Positions 29,122 to 39,862 of a stretch of 64,000 bases of DNA are shown piece after piece. Each line of letters starts with the position of its first letter. Position 1 is the first letter of the stretch. The notes under the pieces were generated by a model. The model made no database searches and was not told the origin of the DNA. It saw only the letters and a list, made by a program, of their open reading frames with translations. Both the position numbers and the translations under genes were made by a program. Source of the stretch: a virus. The stretch is taken from the IMG/VR virus record IMGVR_UViG_3300042562_002450, positions 96,001 to 160,000 of that record; one strand, given 5' to 3'.

Positions 29122-31161
29122 TTAATCCACATCGATTGAGGTGTACTCTTCTGAAGAATAAATAACCTTATTTATATAGTCAATAACGATACCATCTTTG
29201 TGAAACTTAATCTTGTGAAGACTTGAAATGTCTGTGTATATTTTAAGCTCTTGGTCTGTATCTATAAAAATAGAAACTGGAACTGCATCTCCAAGGATTC
29301 TTTTTAATTTATATTTAGCTAAAGCACAGTTCTTAACTATATGAGCAAAAGAAAAATCTCTAGAGATGTCCCCACCAGAATACATTGTTTCTAGTTCGAA
29401 AAGATATTCTCCAGCCATATCTGCATTAAAGCTATTTTCTATTGGATCAATAATATAACTATCTACTTTTAGAAAAATACTAGCTATGCTTGGATCTGAT
29501 GTTATCGTTCCATCTTTTAAAATAAAGATAATACTGTTATCTGGCTTTGTTACTTTTATTCTATACTTAATGACCTTACGGCCTGGGATAGATTGGATGC
29601 ATTTAATTAAGATTTCTTTTAAACCATTCTCATCTAAAAAAGAAGCATCAGAGACAAGAGTTAATGAAAAGTCAGCAGATCCATTATTGCCAGGTATCTT
29701 TTTAAGAGTTTTAGGATATGCTTCTCTCTTGTCAAAGATATATAGGAAGTCATTTGTAACACCATATGCAAAGTTAGAATTAGAATCTGAAACAATGTCT
29801 ATCAATTCGAGAGGTGTCTCATTATCAATATCGTAAAGTCCTGATTCGGAAACGACCTCTGTTCTACCTCCAAACTTAAGGACATCAAGAGCTGACTCTC
29901 CTATTGTTCTATTTCTTTGAAGCACACTAATCTGATTCCTATTATCCAATGACCATATTGCAAGATCAGATGTTCCATCTACATTCGTTATTCTTTTTGA
30001 ATCAGTAATTAAATGCAATGGATCAGGAAAGTGCAATATCTTAAATGTTATTTCTTGTTTTTTTAAATTAAAAAACTGAATTGAAACTAACTTTTTCCAT
30101 GACTTTCGAGTATATAGATATCTTTCATTATAGATTACAATCTCTTCTTCTTCTTCTTTGTCGAATATAGAGATCCCTTTTATCTTACACTTAAGAAAAG
30201 AATATTTAGTATCTGGATCCTTATACACAGATGTATTAACACCTAGACAATAGATAACACACGTACCCTCTCTTTCAAGAGTTTTATTTAGTTGAATTTC
30301 CAGCTCACTAGCTAGTGTTTCATAGACTAATGTATTATCTGAAAGTCTTGTTTCTTCTGTGTTTATTCTTGTTGGCAACTTTTTATAATATAATGACTTT
30401 AATGTATTCTCTTCTGGTGCAAATAGATCAAATCGCGTTATCCCTTGAACCCCACTAATATCTGGCTGAACAAAAAAAGGAGAGCCATCTTGGTTAAAGA
30501 ATTTCTTAAATTCAAAGTTTTTATCAAGATCATATTTATATAATAGAGATAGCTCATTAAGATCTGCAGTCTGTATAGTTGAGTTCTTAAAAATGTTGGA
30601 AATTAAAGCTTGGCTTTTTTCCAAAGCTTCACCTAGTGGATTTAGTAATTGTTGAAAATTAGAGTACTTATCATATCTTGCTCTTGACCAGTCAGGTAGT
30701 CTGTTTGCAAGTGACTGGGTATGGCTTGAATAGAAGTAATCAGTTGGATTAGAATTTTCGAAAATTCCTTCTTCTGTTGTGAAGACAAAACTATCTGATA
30801 TCTTTTCCTCTTCTCCATTTTCATTTGTTCCCCAGGCAGTAAAGCTACAAATGTATCGAGAATTATATTCGAGAACACTAGGGAATAAATCTCTCATTCC
30901 ATATTTTAAATCTCTTTGACCATATCGGTACTCATCACCAAATTTTATTCTTCTTTTAGTATATAGACTGACTACTAATTCATGATCAGTAATCCCATGG
31001 TAGATAGAGAAAACACTAGGAACAACTTCCACATTGTTAAGCTTAAAAGATATGTTTCTAGGATCTAATTTAAAGTCTGCTTGAATACGTAACTCTAAGT
31101 CCTGATTAACAGAGACATTTGTTGAGTTCTTGCCTGGAGTAATACTAGATACTGTAATCAT
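29122..31161 (-). CDS. Baseplate protein with N-terminal Ig-like domain
   Basis: 679 aa; ITVSSITPGKNSTNVSVNQDLELRI (SbsA/Big_5-like); directly after baseplate J. Confidence 0.5.
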   Translation of the reverse strand: MITVSSITPGKNSTNVSVNQDLELRIQADFKLDPRNISFKLNNVEVVPSVFSIYHGITDHELVVSLYTKRRIKFGDEYRYGQRDLKYGMRDLFPSVLEYNSRYICSFTAWGTNENGEEEKISDSFVFTTEEGIFENSNPTDYFYSSHTQSLANRLPDWSRARYDKYSNFQQLLNPLGEALEKSQALISNIFKNSTIQTADLNELSLLYKYDLDKNFEFKKFFNQDGSPFFVQPDISGVQGITRFDLFAPEENTLKSLYYKKLPTRINTEETRLSDNTLVYETLASELEIQLNKTLEREGTCVIYCLGVNTSVYKDPDTKYSFLKCKIKGISIFDKEEEEEIVIYNERYLYTRKSWKKLVSIQFFNLKKQEITFKILHFPDPLHLITDSKRITNVDGTSDLAIWSLDNRNQISVLQRNRTIGESALDVLKFGGRTEVVSESGLYDIDNETPLELIDIVSDSNSNFAYGVTNDFLYIFDKREAYPKTLKKIPGNNGSADFSLTLVSDASFLDENGLKEILIKCIQSIPGRKVIKYRIKVTKPDNSIIFILKDGTITSDPSIASIFLKVDSYIIDPIENSFNADMAGEYLFELETMYSGGDISRDFSFAHIVKNCALAKYKLKRILGDAVPVSIFIDTDQELKIYTDISSLHKIKFHKDGIVIDYINKVIYSSEEYTSIDVD

Positions 31162-31162
31162 A

Positions 31163-32395
31163 TTAATTATTATCTATAATTGTAATTGGATTAGAAATTG
31201 ATGTCTCAAGAGTTACGCGTTCATAACTCTTAGGGCTATAATTTCCTATAAGACTTTTTCTCGTTAAGCTATTTGATGCTTGCGTCCTTTTGTAAAGAAA
31301 AACATTCTGGAAGTTACTTGAAGAATCAGCATCACCCATTGATTCAATTTGATCACTTGAAGATAATACAATCCTAACAATCTGATCAAGAATAATTGGT
31401 TCTGCAATTGAAAGATTATTAACATAAGAAGAAACATTATTCTTCACAATATTTCTTATATTTTCTTTTTCTTTATCTTCTAATCTACCTCTATATGTTA
31501 ATGAGAAAATAAATTCAATACCAATTAAAACTGGTGCTCGAGCTATGTTGCTCATTCCTACTGACTGCTTCTCTGCTATTACTCTTTGAGCTGTATTCAA
31601 AAGTTCATCTGATACTTCTACTGAACTAGAACTAATAAGCCAGTCACAAGTGCCAATTCCTCTAGAGTATGGAATCTGAACAATATTAGCAATACCAGGT
31701 ATAACTAAAAGAGCTAGTCTTATTGCCGTTTCATTACCAGCTTCAGATGATATTTTTTCTTTTTGAATTCTGTATCTATAATTCTCATCAGATTCTCGAT
31801 CTCTTCCATATGTGATACTATTGCTATTGCTTACAGCAAGAGAGTTCCCAAAAGAATCAGCATAGCCTTTAAAGTTATGATAAATTAATGTATTAGATCC
31901 TGCATTTGCATTAGATCCAGAAGTAATAGCGTGAGCAGAGAAGAAAACTCTATCCTCATTTGCTTTTAGTATTATATCTTCTTTATTTCTATAAAGAATA
32001 TCTTCAGAAGAAAACAATGAACTATTTGATATTTGGACAGTACCTGCTTTAATTAGTATGTCTTCTTCATTATTGATATTTCCAAAAGTCCCACCTATTG
32101 TATAGAATGAGAAATTTCGCTCTGAACTATAAATCTGAGATCGAACTTCCTGTAATCTTTCTAATCCAAAAACTTCTCCGATATAATCAAGAGTATTGCC
32201 CTTAGCTTCTCTTAATAAGCCAGCTCCAATATTGGAATCGAACTGAGCAGCTTGTAGTCCAATCTCTTCACTAAGAATATCAACAAGCATCCTAGCTTTA
32301 GATCCTGGAGAAAGGAACGTAATATTGCTAAAGGTATTCAGCTTCTGCAGCGCATTGCTTATGATCTCTGATGTCTTTAGGTCTAATAATTCCAT
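31163..32395 (-). CDS. Baseplate J-like wedge protein
   Basis: 410 aa; AKGNTLDYIGEVFGLER, GRDRESDENYRYRI, IRLALLVIPGIA; follows gp25-like gene. Confidence 0.85.
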   Translation of the reverse strand: MELLDLKTSEIISNALQKLNTFSNITFLSPGSKARMLVDILSEEIGLQAAQFDSNIGAGLLREAKGNTLDYIGEVFGLERLQEVRSQIYSSERNFSFYTIGGTFGNINNEEDILIKAGTVQISNSSLFSSEDILYRNKEDIILKANEDRVFFSAHAITSGSNANAGSNTLIYHNFKGYADSFGNSLAVSNSNSITYGRDRESDENYRYRIQKEKISSEAGNETAIRLALLVIPGIANIVQIPYSRGIGTCDWLISSSSVEVSDELLNTAQRVIAEKQSVGMSNIARAPVLIGIEFIFSLTYRGRLEDKEKENIRNIVKNNVSSYVNNLSIAEPIILDQIVRIVLSSSDQIESMGDADSSSNFQNVFLYKRTQASNSLTRKSLIGNYSPKSYERVTLETSISNPITIIDNN

Positions 32396-32396
32396 A

Positions 32397-32840
32397 CTAA
32401 GTTCTCACTATTCGAGGAGTTGCTGTTTTTAAATCAAAAACAATCCTAACACTCTCTAACCTATAGTCAATAAGTTTTCTTATATTATCGGAGAAAACAA
32501 CCTTCACAGCAACCTCATTTATATCTATTGCAATGGCTTCAACATTGAAGTCAGATGTAGATAAGAAGTCGTTAAAAGTTAATGCGTTAGATATCGATTC
32601 CTCAATACTAGAAATCAGACTATCGCTAATCATTCTTCCTTCAAAGACATGAAGATTAGCTCCTTTCTCTTCTTCAAAATACCAGTCTCCATAACTGCTT
32701 TTAATCCTTAGTTCAACTTCTTCCATAAACCCAAGTCCATGAAATTTCATTGTGTCCTTAAGATCTCCATGCTCAATTATAAAGTCTCCATGTTCCGAAA
32801 AGTTGAAATCTTTTCTTTTTACTACAATTGCTCTTATCAT
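32397..32840 (-). CDS. gp25/gpW-like baseplate wedge (sheath initiator)
   Basis: 147 aa; GDFIIEHGDL..EEVELRIKSSYGDWYFEEEKGANL..IEESISNAL pattern; canonical position. Confidence 0.75.
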   Translation of the reverse strand: MIRAIVVKRKDFNFSEHGDFIIEHGDLKDTMKFHGLGFMEEVELRIKSSYGDWYFEEEKGANLHVFEGRMISDSLISSIEESISNALTFNDFLSTSDFNVEAIAIDINEVAVKVVFSDNIRKLIDYRLESVRIVFDLKTATPRIVRT

Positions 32841-32849
32841 ACTAACCTT

Positions 32850-33398
32850 TTAACCTAGTGCGCCAACTAAGGTACTTATTAATGCAATATCTTTAACTAT
32901 AGGGCCAAGCATGGCTCCAACTGGTAGTGACCATTGGAATGTTGGAATTGGAGTAACCATGGTAGATGCAAAGCCTGTCATCAGTAGTGGGTTTAATGTC
33001 ATGATCCCTCCTATTCTTATCTCATGAGGTTGAGCTGAAAAGCTTGTTGGTCCTTTAACAATATTTCCAAATTCCCTTGTAGAGAAAAACCCATTAGTTT
33101 TTGATCCTCTAAGGCTAGCCTGACTGTCGTTAACTTCAATTATTGGAGCATCTGGAGCAGCAAGTGTTTTTAATACTTTTGAATTACTTTTATCGAAAGT
33201 TTTGCTCTGATCAATTTCTCCATCTAAATGCATTGGCTGGTGAAATGGCTCTCCTGTTTCGAGACTTACAATCTTAAGTCTGTGTGTACTTGGATTGTAA
33301 TCTTGGATCTTAACTAATGTTCCAGATAATTCTGACTTTTTTATATCAGAGGTTTTACTAACTAATTCATATTCAGAAAATGAAGATCCTTGTTTCAA
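32850..33398 (-). CDS. Putative baseplate spike-related protein
   Basis: 182 aa, TTG start; beta-rich; between hub and gp25-like genes. Confidence 0.4.
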   Translation of the reverse strand: MKQGSSFSEYELVSKTSDIKKSELSGTLVKIQDYNPSTHRLKIVSLETGEPFHQPMHLDGEIDQSKTFDKSNSKVLKTLAAPDAPIIEVNDSQASLRGSKTNGFFSTREFGNIVKGPTSFSAQPHEIRIGGIMTLNPLLMTGFASTMVTPIPTFQWSLPVGAMLGPIVKDIALISTLVGALG

Positions 33399-33622
33399 AA
33401 TAATCCTAATGACTTATTTGCCGTAATTGATGTTACTGGTCCATCTATTTTTGTTTCAGTCTCATATTGACTTATATCTAAGTCTTTCTTACCTAAAAGA
33501 TGAATGGTTCCATGCTGTGTAATATATCCTATCTCTCCAACTAAATCACCTAAAAAAGGAGATAGGAGATAGTGCCAATCTGGAGTAAAGAGCATCTCCG
33601 CTACATTATTCTTAGTTGCCAT
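33395..33622 (-). CDS. Small hypothetical baseplate-region protein
   Basis: 75 aa; coupled on both sides (TAATG and TTGA overlaps). Confidence 0.5.
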   Translation of the reverse strand: MATKNNVAEMLFTPDWHYLLSPFLGDLVGEIGYITQHGTIHLLGKKDLDISQYETETKIDGPVTSITANKSLGLF

Positions 33623-36600
33623 TATTTTTTTCCTTGCGCTGCTTTAAATTTTTCTTCTAATTTTTCCCATCTTTTAGGGTCATTATCCTTAAGTCCACCA
33701 CTATACGGAATCGCATAATAATTATCAACCAGAAATCTACCAAGATCAACACCATTAACTTCTACTGATCTGAATTTTACTTCTGCAACTTTTCTTCCGT
33801 AATTATCACTCTCATATCTTACTATGCTAATTTTAGTTCCTGGAGTGAGTAGCATTGAGACAGCTTCAGTTGCACGTTTCCCCATTCTATATTCTGCAGT
33901 ATTCTTATCTGCTTTTGATTCTCCAGTATCTATTCCTGAGATACGTATCGTTTCATTTCTACCAGTTATTATTGCTGGACTTGTAATTCTTCCACCTTCT
34001 GTCTCAATTGTATCTCCATCTAAAACTCTCGTAACAACTTCTTCTTCTGTATTTCCACCAACAACTGGCTCTCTAAGCCATGGATCTAAAAAGGTAGAAA
34101 CTAAGAATGCTGTAGCCCCAAGCTTATCTGCTCCTCTTGCTGCTTGCAACTCTAAATGCTCAAGTGGAGTATTTTCTTTAAATCCATTAAGAGCAGCCAT
34201 CCAAGGCTTACCATCTTTAGTTAATGGGAAGATAGAAATGGGTTGTCTATATGCCATGAAATTGATGAATCCTTCAACAGCACTATCTATTGCAGCCTCA
34301 ACAAGGAAGCCACCTGCAATTCCTCCCAGAGTACCAAGACCAAGTTTTCCTAAAACAAGACCGCCAGTTAATCCAGCCTTAAAAGTAGTCTTAGCTGCAG
34401 TCACTCCCGTTCTTATGCTATTAGTATTTTTTATAGCATTAAAAGCACTTTTCCCAGCATTGCTTGCTAGCTTTGCTTGTTGAATCGCAAGTTCAAAATT
34501 CTTAGTATTAATTGGTATAGATCCAAGATACTCTCCACCTATGTCATAGATACCTTTGATACCTTTGACTACTCCTTTGTCTATCCCTCTAGATAAAACA
34601 TATGGAGCAATAACTTTATTGCCAACTACAGAACCACCAAGATGTGATCCAAGTGTAGCACTATCTATAATAGCTTTATTGCTTAAAAGAAAGCTTTCCC
34701 CTTCTGTTTCAACTTTTTCTTTTGGTACGTCACCTAACATTAATGGATCAGGCTCTAAGTCCTGGAATCCTTGATTTTCTAGTTGTTCAATTGACCTGTC
34801 TAGATCCTCATCAATGTCAGCTCTTCTTGTTGCATCAGAAGGTAAAAACTTTTCCATATTTGAATAGAAAAGATCAGCCTCTGCCCCTAACCAGTATCTT
34901 GCTGCCTTTAAAATTGATTTTATCTGATAAGCACCAGTACTAGTATCTGGAATAGCTATAAACTTAGGAGTTATACTTGTGATCCATCCTGATGTTGGCG
35001 AAATAGTATGCATGACTCTTTGGACTCCAATTGGTCCACTTATCTTATTATGCTTGTCATCAAGGATAACAATATCATGAGGCTTAATTCCTTTTCTTCC
35101 TAGTATCGTTAACTTACCTTTATATATATTTTCAAGTTCTTTACACAGAACTGCTTTTGCATATTTCTCTGGAAGATGCAATCCAGGATGATCTTCATGT
35201 GCATTGTGAAATGTAAATGTTTTATTATTTATAAGATTACTATGCAGATCATCATCTGCTTTCATCCTATCTGTTATTTTGTAACTACTAAACCATCTGC
35301 TTCCAGTAAATTCTGTTTGTCCACTTGTACCTGGATGGTGAACCTGAACAGAGTTAGCTACCCCAATAGATGAGGCTTCTATTCTATTGGAAACAATGTC
35401 GTGATGAGAGGTAACAATATGATAAGCTCTGAAGTTCTTTTGCATTCCAAGTATTGCTATTGACTGAGCATCTGTCTTTGTTATTGTAGAGTTTTGCAAT
35501 GCTCTTTTTTCAAGTCTCTCCTTTGAGTCCACTCTTGAAGTTGGTGTTGTAGAATCACCTAATGTTTTAATATTTTCTGCATCTGAAAACTCTGCTTTTG
35601 CATCATATATTTCTCTAAGAGTTGCTCTTTCTCCTAATCCTAATTCGTTTGAAGCTTTGATCTTTAAAGCTTTCTCTAAAGCTGTTGCAGCTCCACGACA
35701 AAAATAAACACCATCTGGCTCTCCGAAATAGATAGTACTTCTATTGTCAAAAGGAACAACAGCTGTAACATATCCTGGATGTCTTAATGTCATCTCTTGT
35801 AAAACATCCCATACTGTCTGTTGAAAAATTGTGAACTGAGCAGGATTAGTCTCTTGCTTAGCAGCATCCCATACTTCACCTAGTGTACCTATGCCAAAAG
35901 CTGCTACTGCTGCTACTAATCCAAGTGGACCAAATAATCCAGCAACACCAACTAGCGGTATTAAGATACCACCAAAAAGAGAAACAGCGGAACCAGTTCT
36001 TAAGAGTGCTCCCTCGATAAATGTTCCCCATCCTTTAACTGGTCTATGCATTACTGGTGCATAGATATTATCTAATGCATTCCTTCCACCTAACAATAGT
36101 GGTAGATCTAGACCAAAGTTTCCTTTGATCTTATAATTTGTATTTCCAAAACTTTTAATCTCATCAGCTTGTGCGATAACTTTAGCTAATAAGTCATTAG
36201 TACCTGAATTCCATGAATATGTCTTTTTTTCATCTCCAACTCCAATAGTATTCTGAATAAGCTCATGACCATCTCCCATGCAATATATTTCAATAATATC
36301 ACCATTAGATATAGCTGCTATCCTTCCATTGAATTCTAATTCGAGAGCCCCTATGTCGTTTGAGTTGCCTAAAAAGGCTCTAATTTTTATTCCTTCTTTT
36401 AATCCAATATCTTCTAAATTAGTATTGTAAGTATCATGCATGGTGGTCTGCCCACTCATTGCATCACTAATAAGTCTGCCTGCTACATCCAATATATCTT
36501 CTCCATCCTTCCTGTGAAACGATGGATCCTTAGATTGCTTTGTCATTAAGGATTTATGAGTACCCAAGACTCTTATAATCATGACATCTGCTGCTTCGTA

Positions 36601-39600
36601 TTCATCTTTTATTATTCGAATATCAACGATTGAAGAGAGATCATATATATCAAGCAGGTCTCTTTGATTCTTAGCCATTGCCTCTAAACTTTTAAGATCC
36701 TCAGAAGAATAAGCTTGTGAATGAGACAGTTTTTCACTAAAGAGTTGAACTTGAAAAGCTGGATAAACCTGATCAAGTGAGTGAACAGGGGGTGTAGTCT
36801 CTGCAATTGCTTGCCTTACAGCTTGAAAGCGATAGTCCTCACTCATTAGATTATGTACTCTTGCAGATGAATCTAGATTTTCAGAATCAGTTCCAGCGTA
36901 ATTTGCAGCTGGAGCATAATCAGTTTCTCCAGCTTTAAGATCTTTAGAAAGAGTAGATCCCCGATAAGGATTTAAAGTTTCTTGTGTCTTTGCAAGGAAT
37001 GTTGGTTCAATCAATTTTTGTTTTATAGCTTTAGTGGTACTTCCATAAACACCTGCCATACTATTTATTATTGTATTTCTGTAACCATTAACTCTATAAG
37101 AGTTATTGTCTAGATAGTATGCAGGAGAGACTATCTTATCTGGGAGTAGCATATCTGGATATAGATCTTTTAGGTTTTTAGGTCTAACATCTGTATAGTT
37201 AGTGAAGAGATCTACGTAGTCAGCTACCCACTCTTCTCCTTTTTCAAGTCCTTTTATGAAATCTGAGTAGAGTGACAGGACAAAGTTATTAACCCAAGTA
37301 ACATTAAAGTGTTCACTAAATTGATCAGTAATGAAATTTTCAATCTCTTTTTTTATTGCTCTTTTTTCTTCAGTTTCTTTTATCGACAATGGGCCATAAA
37401 GAGCTCTTGTTACTTTTTTTAATTCTTTAGATTCTTTTTGAGTTAATGGGTTCTCTGTGTGTACTCTTTTAATTTTTTCGCTAAAGAAAAACTTTGACTT
37501 ATAAGCAGCATCAATTGGCTGACTATTAACCTCCGCCATCTCGTCATCACTCATTCCTCGTCGACCCATTGGCGATAACTCTGTAGATGAGAATGTTGCA
37601 TCCCCATTAAGCAGGTCGTATAAGTCTTTGTCTCCTGCCAATAATTGATTTAATGCATTTGCAAGTTTTTTTCCTGCTATTGATTCTGCACTCCACTTAT
37701 GTCTATCTAAAATGGTATCATTAACAAAACCCTGACGACCAAAAGTACAACCAGAATTAATATAAATTTTTTCTATGATTTTCTTTTGAATTTTAAAAGC
37801 ATCAGAAGATCCAGTGTCTCCTTCGTACTTAATAGGGAAACTAGCTTTGGCAAGTCGTGTCTCTTTGAAATCAATCTGAATGCTTGATGCGAAAGGTAGA
37901 TTAGGAATAGTTGAAGACTTAGTGCTTGAAACAATAACAGGAAGATATTGATCAATCTTAAATTCCTTCGGTTCACCATTCTTTTCAATATATTTATAAC
38001 TTTTCTTATCTACATTGTGTGATCTATATTTTAAAAGCTTAGCTAGTGGATGTGAGATTAGAAGATGATTCTCTTTTGAGAATTTAGAATAGGTAATCCT
38101 ATCTGCAGAAACTTTTTTAAAAATTGAAGAAAGAGTCGCAAGAGAATTCGAAGTTCCTACTGCTGTCTTATTCTGTTCTCCAGCATACTCTGCTGCTGCA
38201 AAAACTATTGCTCTAAGCTCTGATGTGTTCCCACCTAAGAACTGAACTGTTGGCATGGAATATAAGTCCATCTCGATATAGGTTGGATTGGTATTAAATG
38301 AGAAGCTAACATTCTGAAGAATTAAAGCTCCAGATGTTCCTCTTGGATTGAAATCAGCAAATGGTATTTCAAATCTTCTCCATCTATAAAAAATACCAGA
38401 AATAGGTTTCCCTAGTCTGCCTTCTTCTTCTTCTTCTGCAAGATACCATCCTTCTTCTTTTTTCTTATTAATAAAAAGAGCTGCATCAAAGCTTATACCT
38501 TTAGCATCCGTATTTAGTTGTGATCCTTTTGTATTTCTTTGAACAACAATAGTTGTTTCTTTTTCAAAAGAACCATACTCTTTATACATGAGTACCATTT
38601 TATCTTTTTCATCAAGAAGCCCAGGGTCATTAATTAAATTTCCGCCTACAGTTGTTGTTTCATTTTCGTAAAATTTCTTAAAAAGGCTAGATGGTGCTCT
38701 TTGTTTTCTTGGCTTACCATCAATCATCTCTATGAATTTAACTTCCTCAACATAAGGTGCATGGTTAAACCATGTTAGCTGAAGAGTACATCTAATAATT
38801 CCTGGGTGATCTTCTTCTGAGTATCCATTAATATTTTCAACAATTACAGCAATATTTGAGTTATCACTAGGATTATTAAAAAGTTCTTTTCTTATTTTTT
38901 CATTATCAATAATAGCAATTGGACTTTTCTTTGACTGGATTATCATTCGACTTAGTTTGTCATAACCATGAAAGCTTGTATCAATAGGAAAGTTTACGAT
39001 CATTCTTATTCGTTTTTTTCCAGACTGTGCCATTACTGGAGTTTCTTCTCTCATTAACATTATTGAATTGGCATATTCATCCATGTCTATAGAAATTGAT
39101 TCTGGCGGAATATCGAAAACAATATCATTGAATCTAAAATATCCCGAAGCAATTCGATTATTAATATCTATTGACTCACCATCATCTATGTCTCTAACTG
39201 GAGAGGCTTGAGCTAATGCTATGGCATCAGCTTCAGCTTGATTTGGATCTAAAACTAAGCCTTCCATTTGATTTGTTAACGCAGGTAGCCCTGTAGCTTT
39301 AGCTAGATTGTTAATTCTTTTCTTCCAACCATTAGAGAATACCTTATTTTCGGGTCTTCTTTTGACTATCTCTTGATAATCATTCATCTCTTTTTCTAAG
39401 AACTCAATCTGTACTTTTTTTGATTCATCTGAGGAGAGTTGATTTATTTTCTCAACCATCTCAGGAGTTACAGTTCCATTCTTTGGTAATCCGAGAATCT
39501 GCTTAAGATGACCTACTGGCCTGCTTCCTTTATTAAAAGTCTGGTCAAAAAGGGGAAGACTAACTTTAAGATTGTTAATCTCATCACCTCTTATCTTGTC

Positions 39601-39801
39601 CCATCTTTCCTTGTAAATAGCTCTTACTTGACTATTGGATATTGACCTTAACTCTGCTTTTGTTGCTGGACGGTTTAAGTACTCGGAATAGCTACCAATC
39701 GTAATACCTTTGTTAGTGGCACCGCCACTATCATTAGGGTTGTCACTCCAACCTCCCTCTTCCTTCAAAACATGTTTCATTGCTTTATCAAAATTAGTCA
39801 T
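33622..39801 (-). CDS. Baseplate hub fusion: GH108 muramidase + tube/hub domains + SNase nuclease
   Basis: N-terminus HVLKEEGGWSDNPNDSGGATNKGIT (GH108) plus PG-binding GWKKRI; gp27/gpD-like YKGKLTILGRKGIKPHDIV; C-terminus VLDGDTI/RISGIDTGE/DNYGRKVA (thermonuclease). Confidence 0.85.
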   Translation of the reverse strand: MTNFDKAMKHVLKEEGGWSDNPNDSGGATNKGITIGSYSEYLNRPATKAELRSISNSQVRAIYKERWDKIRGDEINNLKVSLPLFDQTFNKGSRPVGHLKQILGLPKNGTVTPEMVEKINQLSSDESKKVQIEFLEKEMNDYQEIVKRRPENKVFSNGWKKRINNLAKATGLPALTNQMEGLVLDPNQAEADAIALAQASPVRDIDDGESIDINNRIASGYFRFNDIVFDIPPESISIDMDEYANSIMLMREETPVMAQSGKKRIRMIVNFPIDTSFHGYDKLSRMIIQSKKSPIAIIDNEKIRKELFNNPSDNSNIAVIVENINGYSEEDHPGIIRCTLQLTWFNHAPYVEEVKFIEMIDGKPRKQRAPSSLFKKFYENETTTVGGNLINDPGLLDEKDKMVLMYKEYGSFEKETTIVVQRNTKGSQLNTDAKGISFDAALFINKKKEEGWYLAEEEEEGRLGKPISGIFYRWRRFEIPFADFNPRGTSGALILQNVSFSFNTNPTYIEMDLYSMPTVQFLGGNTSELRAIVFAAAEYAGEQNKTAVGTSNSLATLSSIFKKVSADRITYSKFSKENHLLISHPLAKLLKYRSHNVDKKSYKYIEKNGEPKEFKIDQYLPVIVSSTKSSTIPNLPFASSIQIDFKETRLAKASFPIKYEGDTGSSDAFKIQKKIIEKIYINSGCTFGRQGFVNDTILDRHKWSAESIAGKKLANALNQLLAGDKDLYDLLNGDATFSSTELSPMGRRGMSDDEMAEVNSQPIDAAYKSKFFFSEKIKRVHTENPLTQKESKELKKVTRALYGPLSIKETEEKRAIKKEIENFITDQFSEHFNVTWVNNFVLSLYSDFIKGLEKGEEWVADYVDLFTNYTDVRPKNLKDLYPDMLLPDKIVSPAYYLDNNSYRVNGYRNTIINSMAGVYGSTTKAIKQKLIEPTFLAKTQETLNPYRGSTLSKDLKAGETDYAPAANYAGTDSENLDSSARVHNLMSEDYRFQAVRQAIAETTPPVHSLDQVYPAFQVQLFSEKLSHSQAYSSEDLKSLEAMAKNQRDLLDIYDLSSIVDIRIIKDEYEAADVMIIRVLGTHKSLMTKQSKDPSFHRKDGEDILDVAGRLISDAMSGQTTMHDTYNTNLEDIGLKEGIKIRAFLGNSNDIGALELEFNGRIAAISNGDIIEIYCMGDGHELIQNTIGVGDEKKTYSWNSGTNDLLAKVIAQADEIKSFGNTNYKIKGNFGLDLPLLLGGRNALDNIYAPVMHRPVKGWGTFIEGALLRTGSAVSLFGGILIPLVGVAGLFGPLGLVAAVAAFGIGTLGEVWDAAKQETNPAQFTIFQQTVWDVLQEMTLRHPGYVTAVVPFDNRSTIYFGEPDGVYFCRGAATALEKALKIKASNELGLGERATLREIYDAKAEFSDAENIKTLGDSTTPTSRVDSKERLEKRALQNSTITKTDAQSIAILGMQKNFRAYHIVTSHHDIVSNRIEASSIGVANSVQVHHPGTSGQTEFTGSRWFSSYKITDRMKADDDLHSNLINNKTFTFHNAHEDHPGLHLPEKYAKAVLCKELENIYKGKLTILGRKGIKPHDIVILDDKHNKISGPIGVQRVMHTISPTSGWITSITPKFIAIPDTSTGAYQIKSILKAARYWLGAEADLFYSNMEKFLPSDATRRADIDEDLDRSIEQLENQGFQDLEPDPLMLGDVPKEKVETEGESFLLSNKAIIDSATLGSHLGGSVVGNKVIAPYVLSRGIDKGVVKGIKGIYDIGGEYLGSIPINTKNFELAIQQAKLASNAGKSAFNAIKNTNSIRTGVTAAKTTFKAGLTGGLVLGKLGLGTLGGIAGGFLVEAAIDSAVEGFINFMAYRQPISIFPLTKDGKPWMAALNGFKENTPLEHLELQAARGADKLGATAFLVSTFLDPWLREPVVGGNTEEEVVTRVLDGDTIETEGGRITSPAIITGRNETIRISGIDTGESKADKNTAEYRMGKRATEAVSMLLTPGTKISIVRYESDNYGRKVAEVKFRSVEVNGVDLGRFLVDNYYAIPYSGGLKDNDPKRWEKLEEKFKAAQGKK

Positions 39802-39833
39802 TACTTACCTGTTGCTTTTACTGGAAATATCTT

Positions 39834-39862
39834 ATTATAAAGTTGAGAAGATAGAACAGCAA
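39834..39862 (-). promoter_or_regulatory. Sigma70-like promoter for hub/baseplate operon
   Basis: TTGCTG, 17 nt, TATAAT, then AGGTA ribosome binding site and ATG 39801. Confidence 0.45.

Noticed and set aside
33824-34483. 219 aa plus-strand ORF and other short overlapping ORFs in the track (e.g. 8..235, 40636..41031, 41197..41622)
   Set aside because: Antisense shadows of long, motif-bearing minus-strand genes; no ribosome binding sites or domains.
39280-39801. GH108 domain as the phage endolysin
   Set aside because: It is fused in frame to the hub protein, so it is a virion-associated lysin; no holin or spanin recognised nearby.
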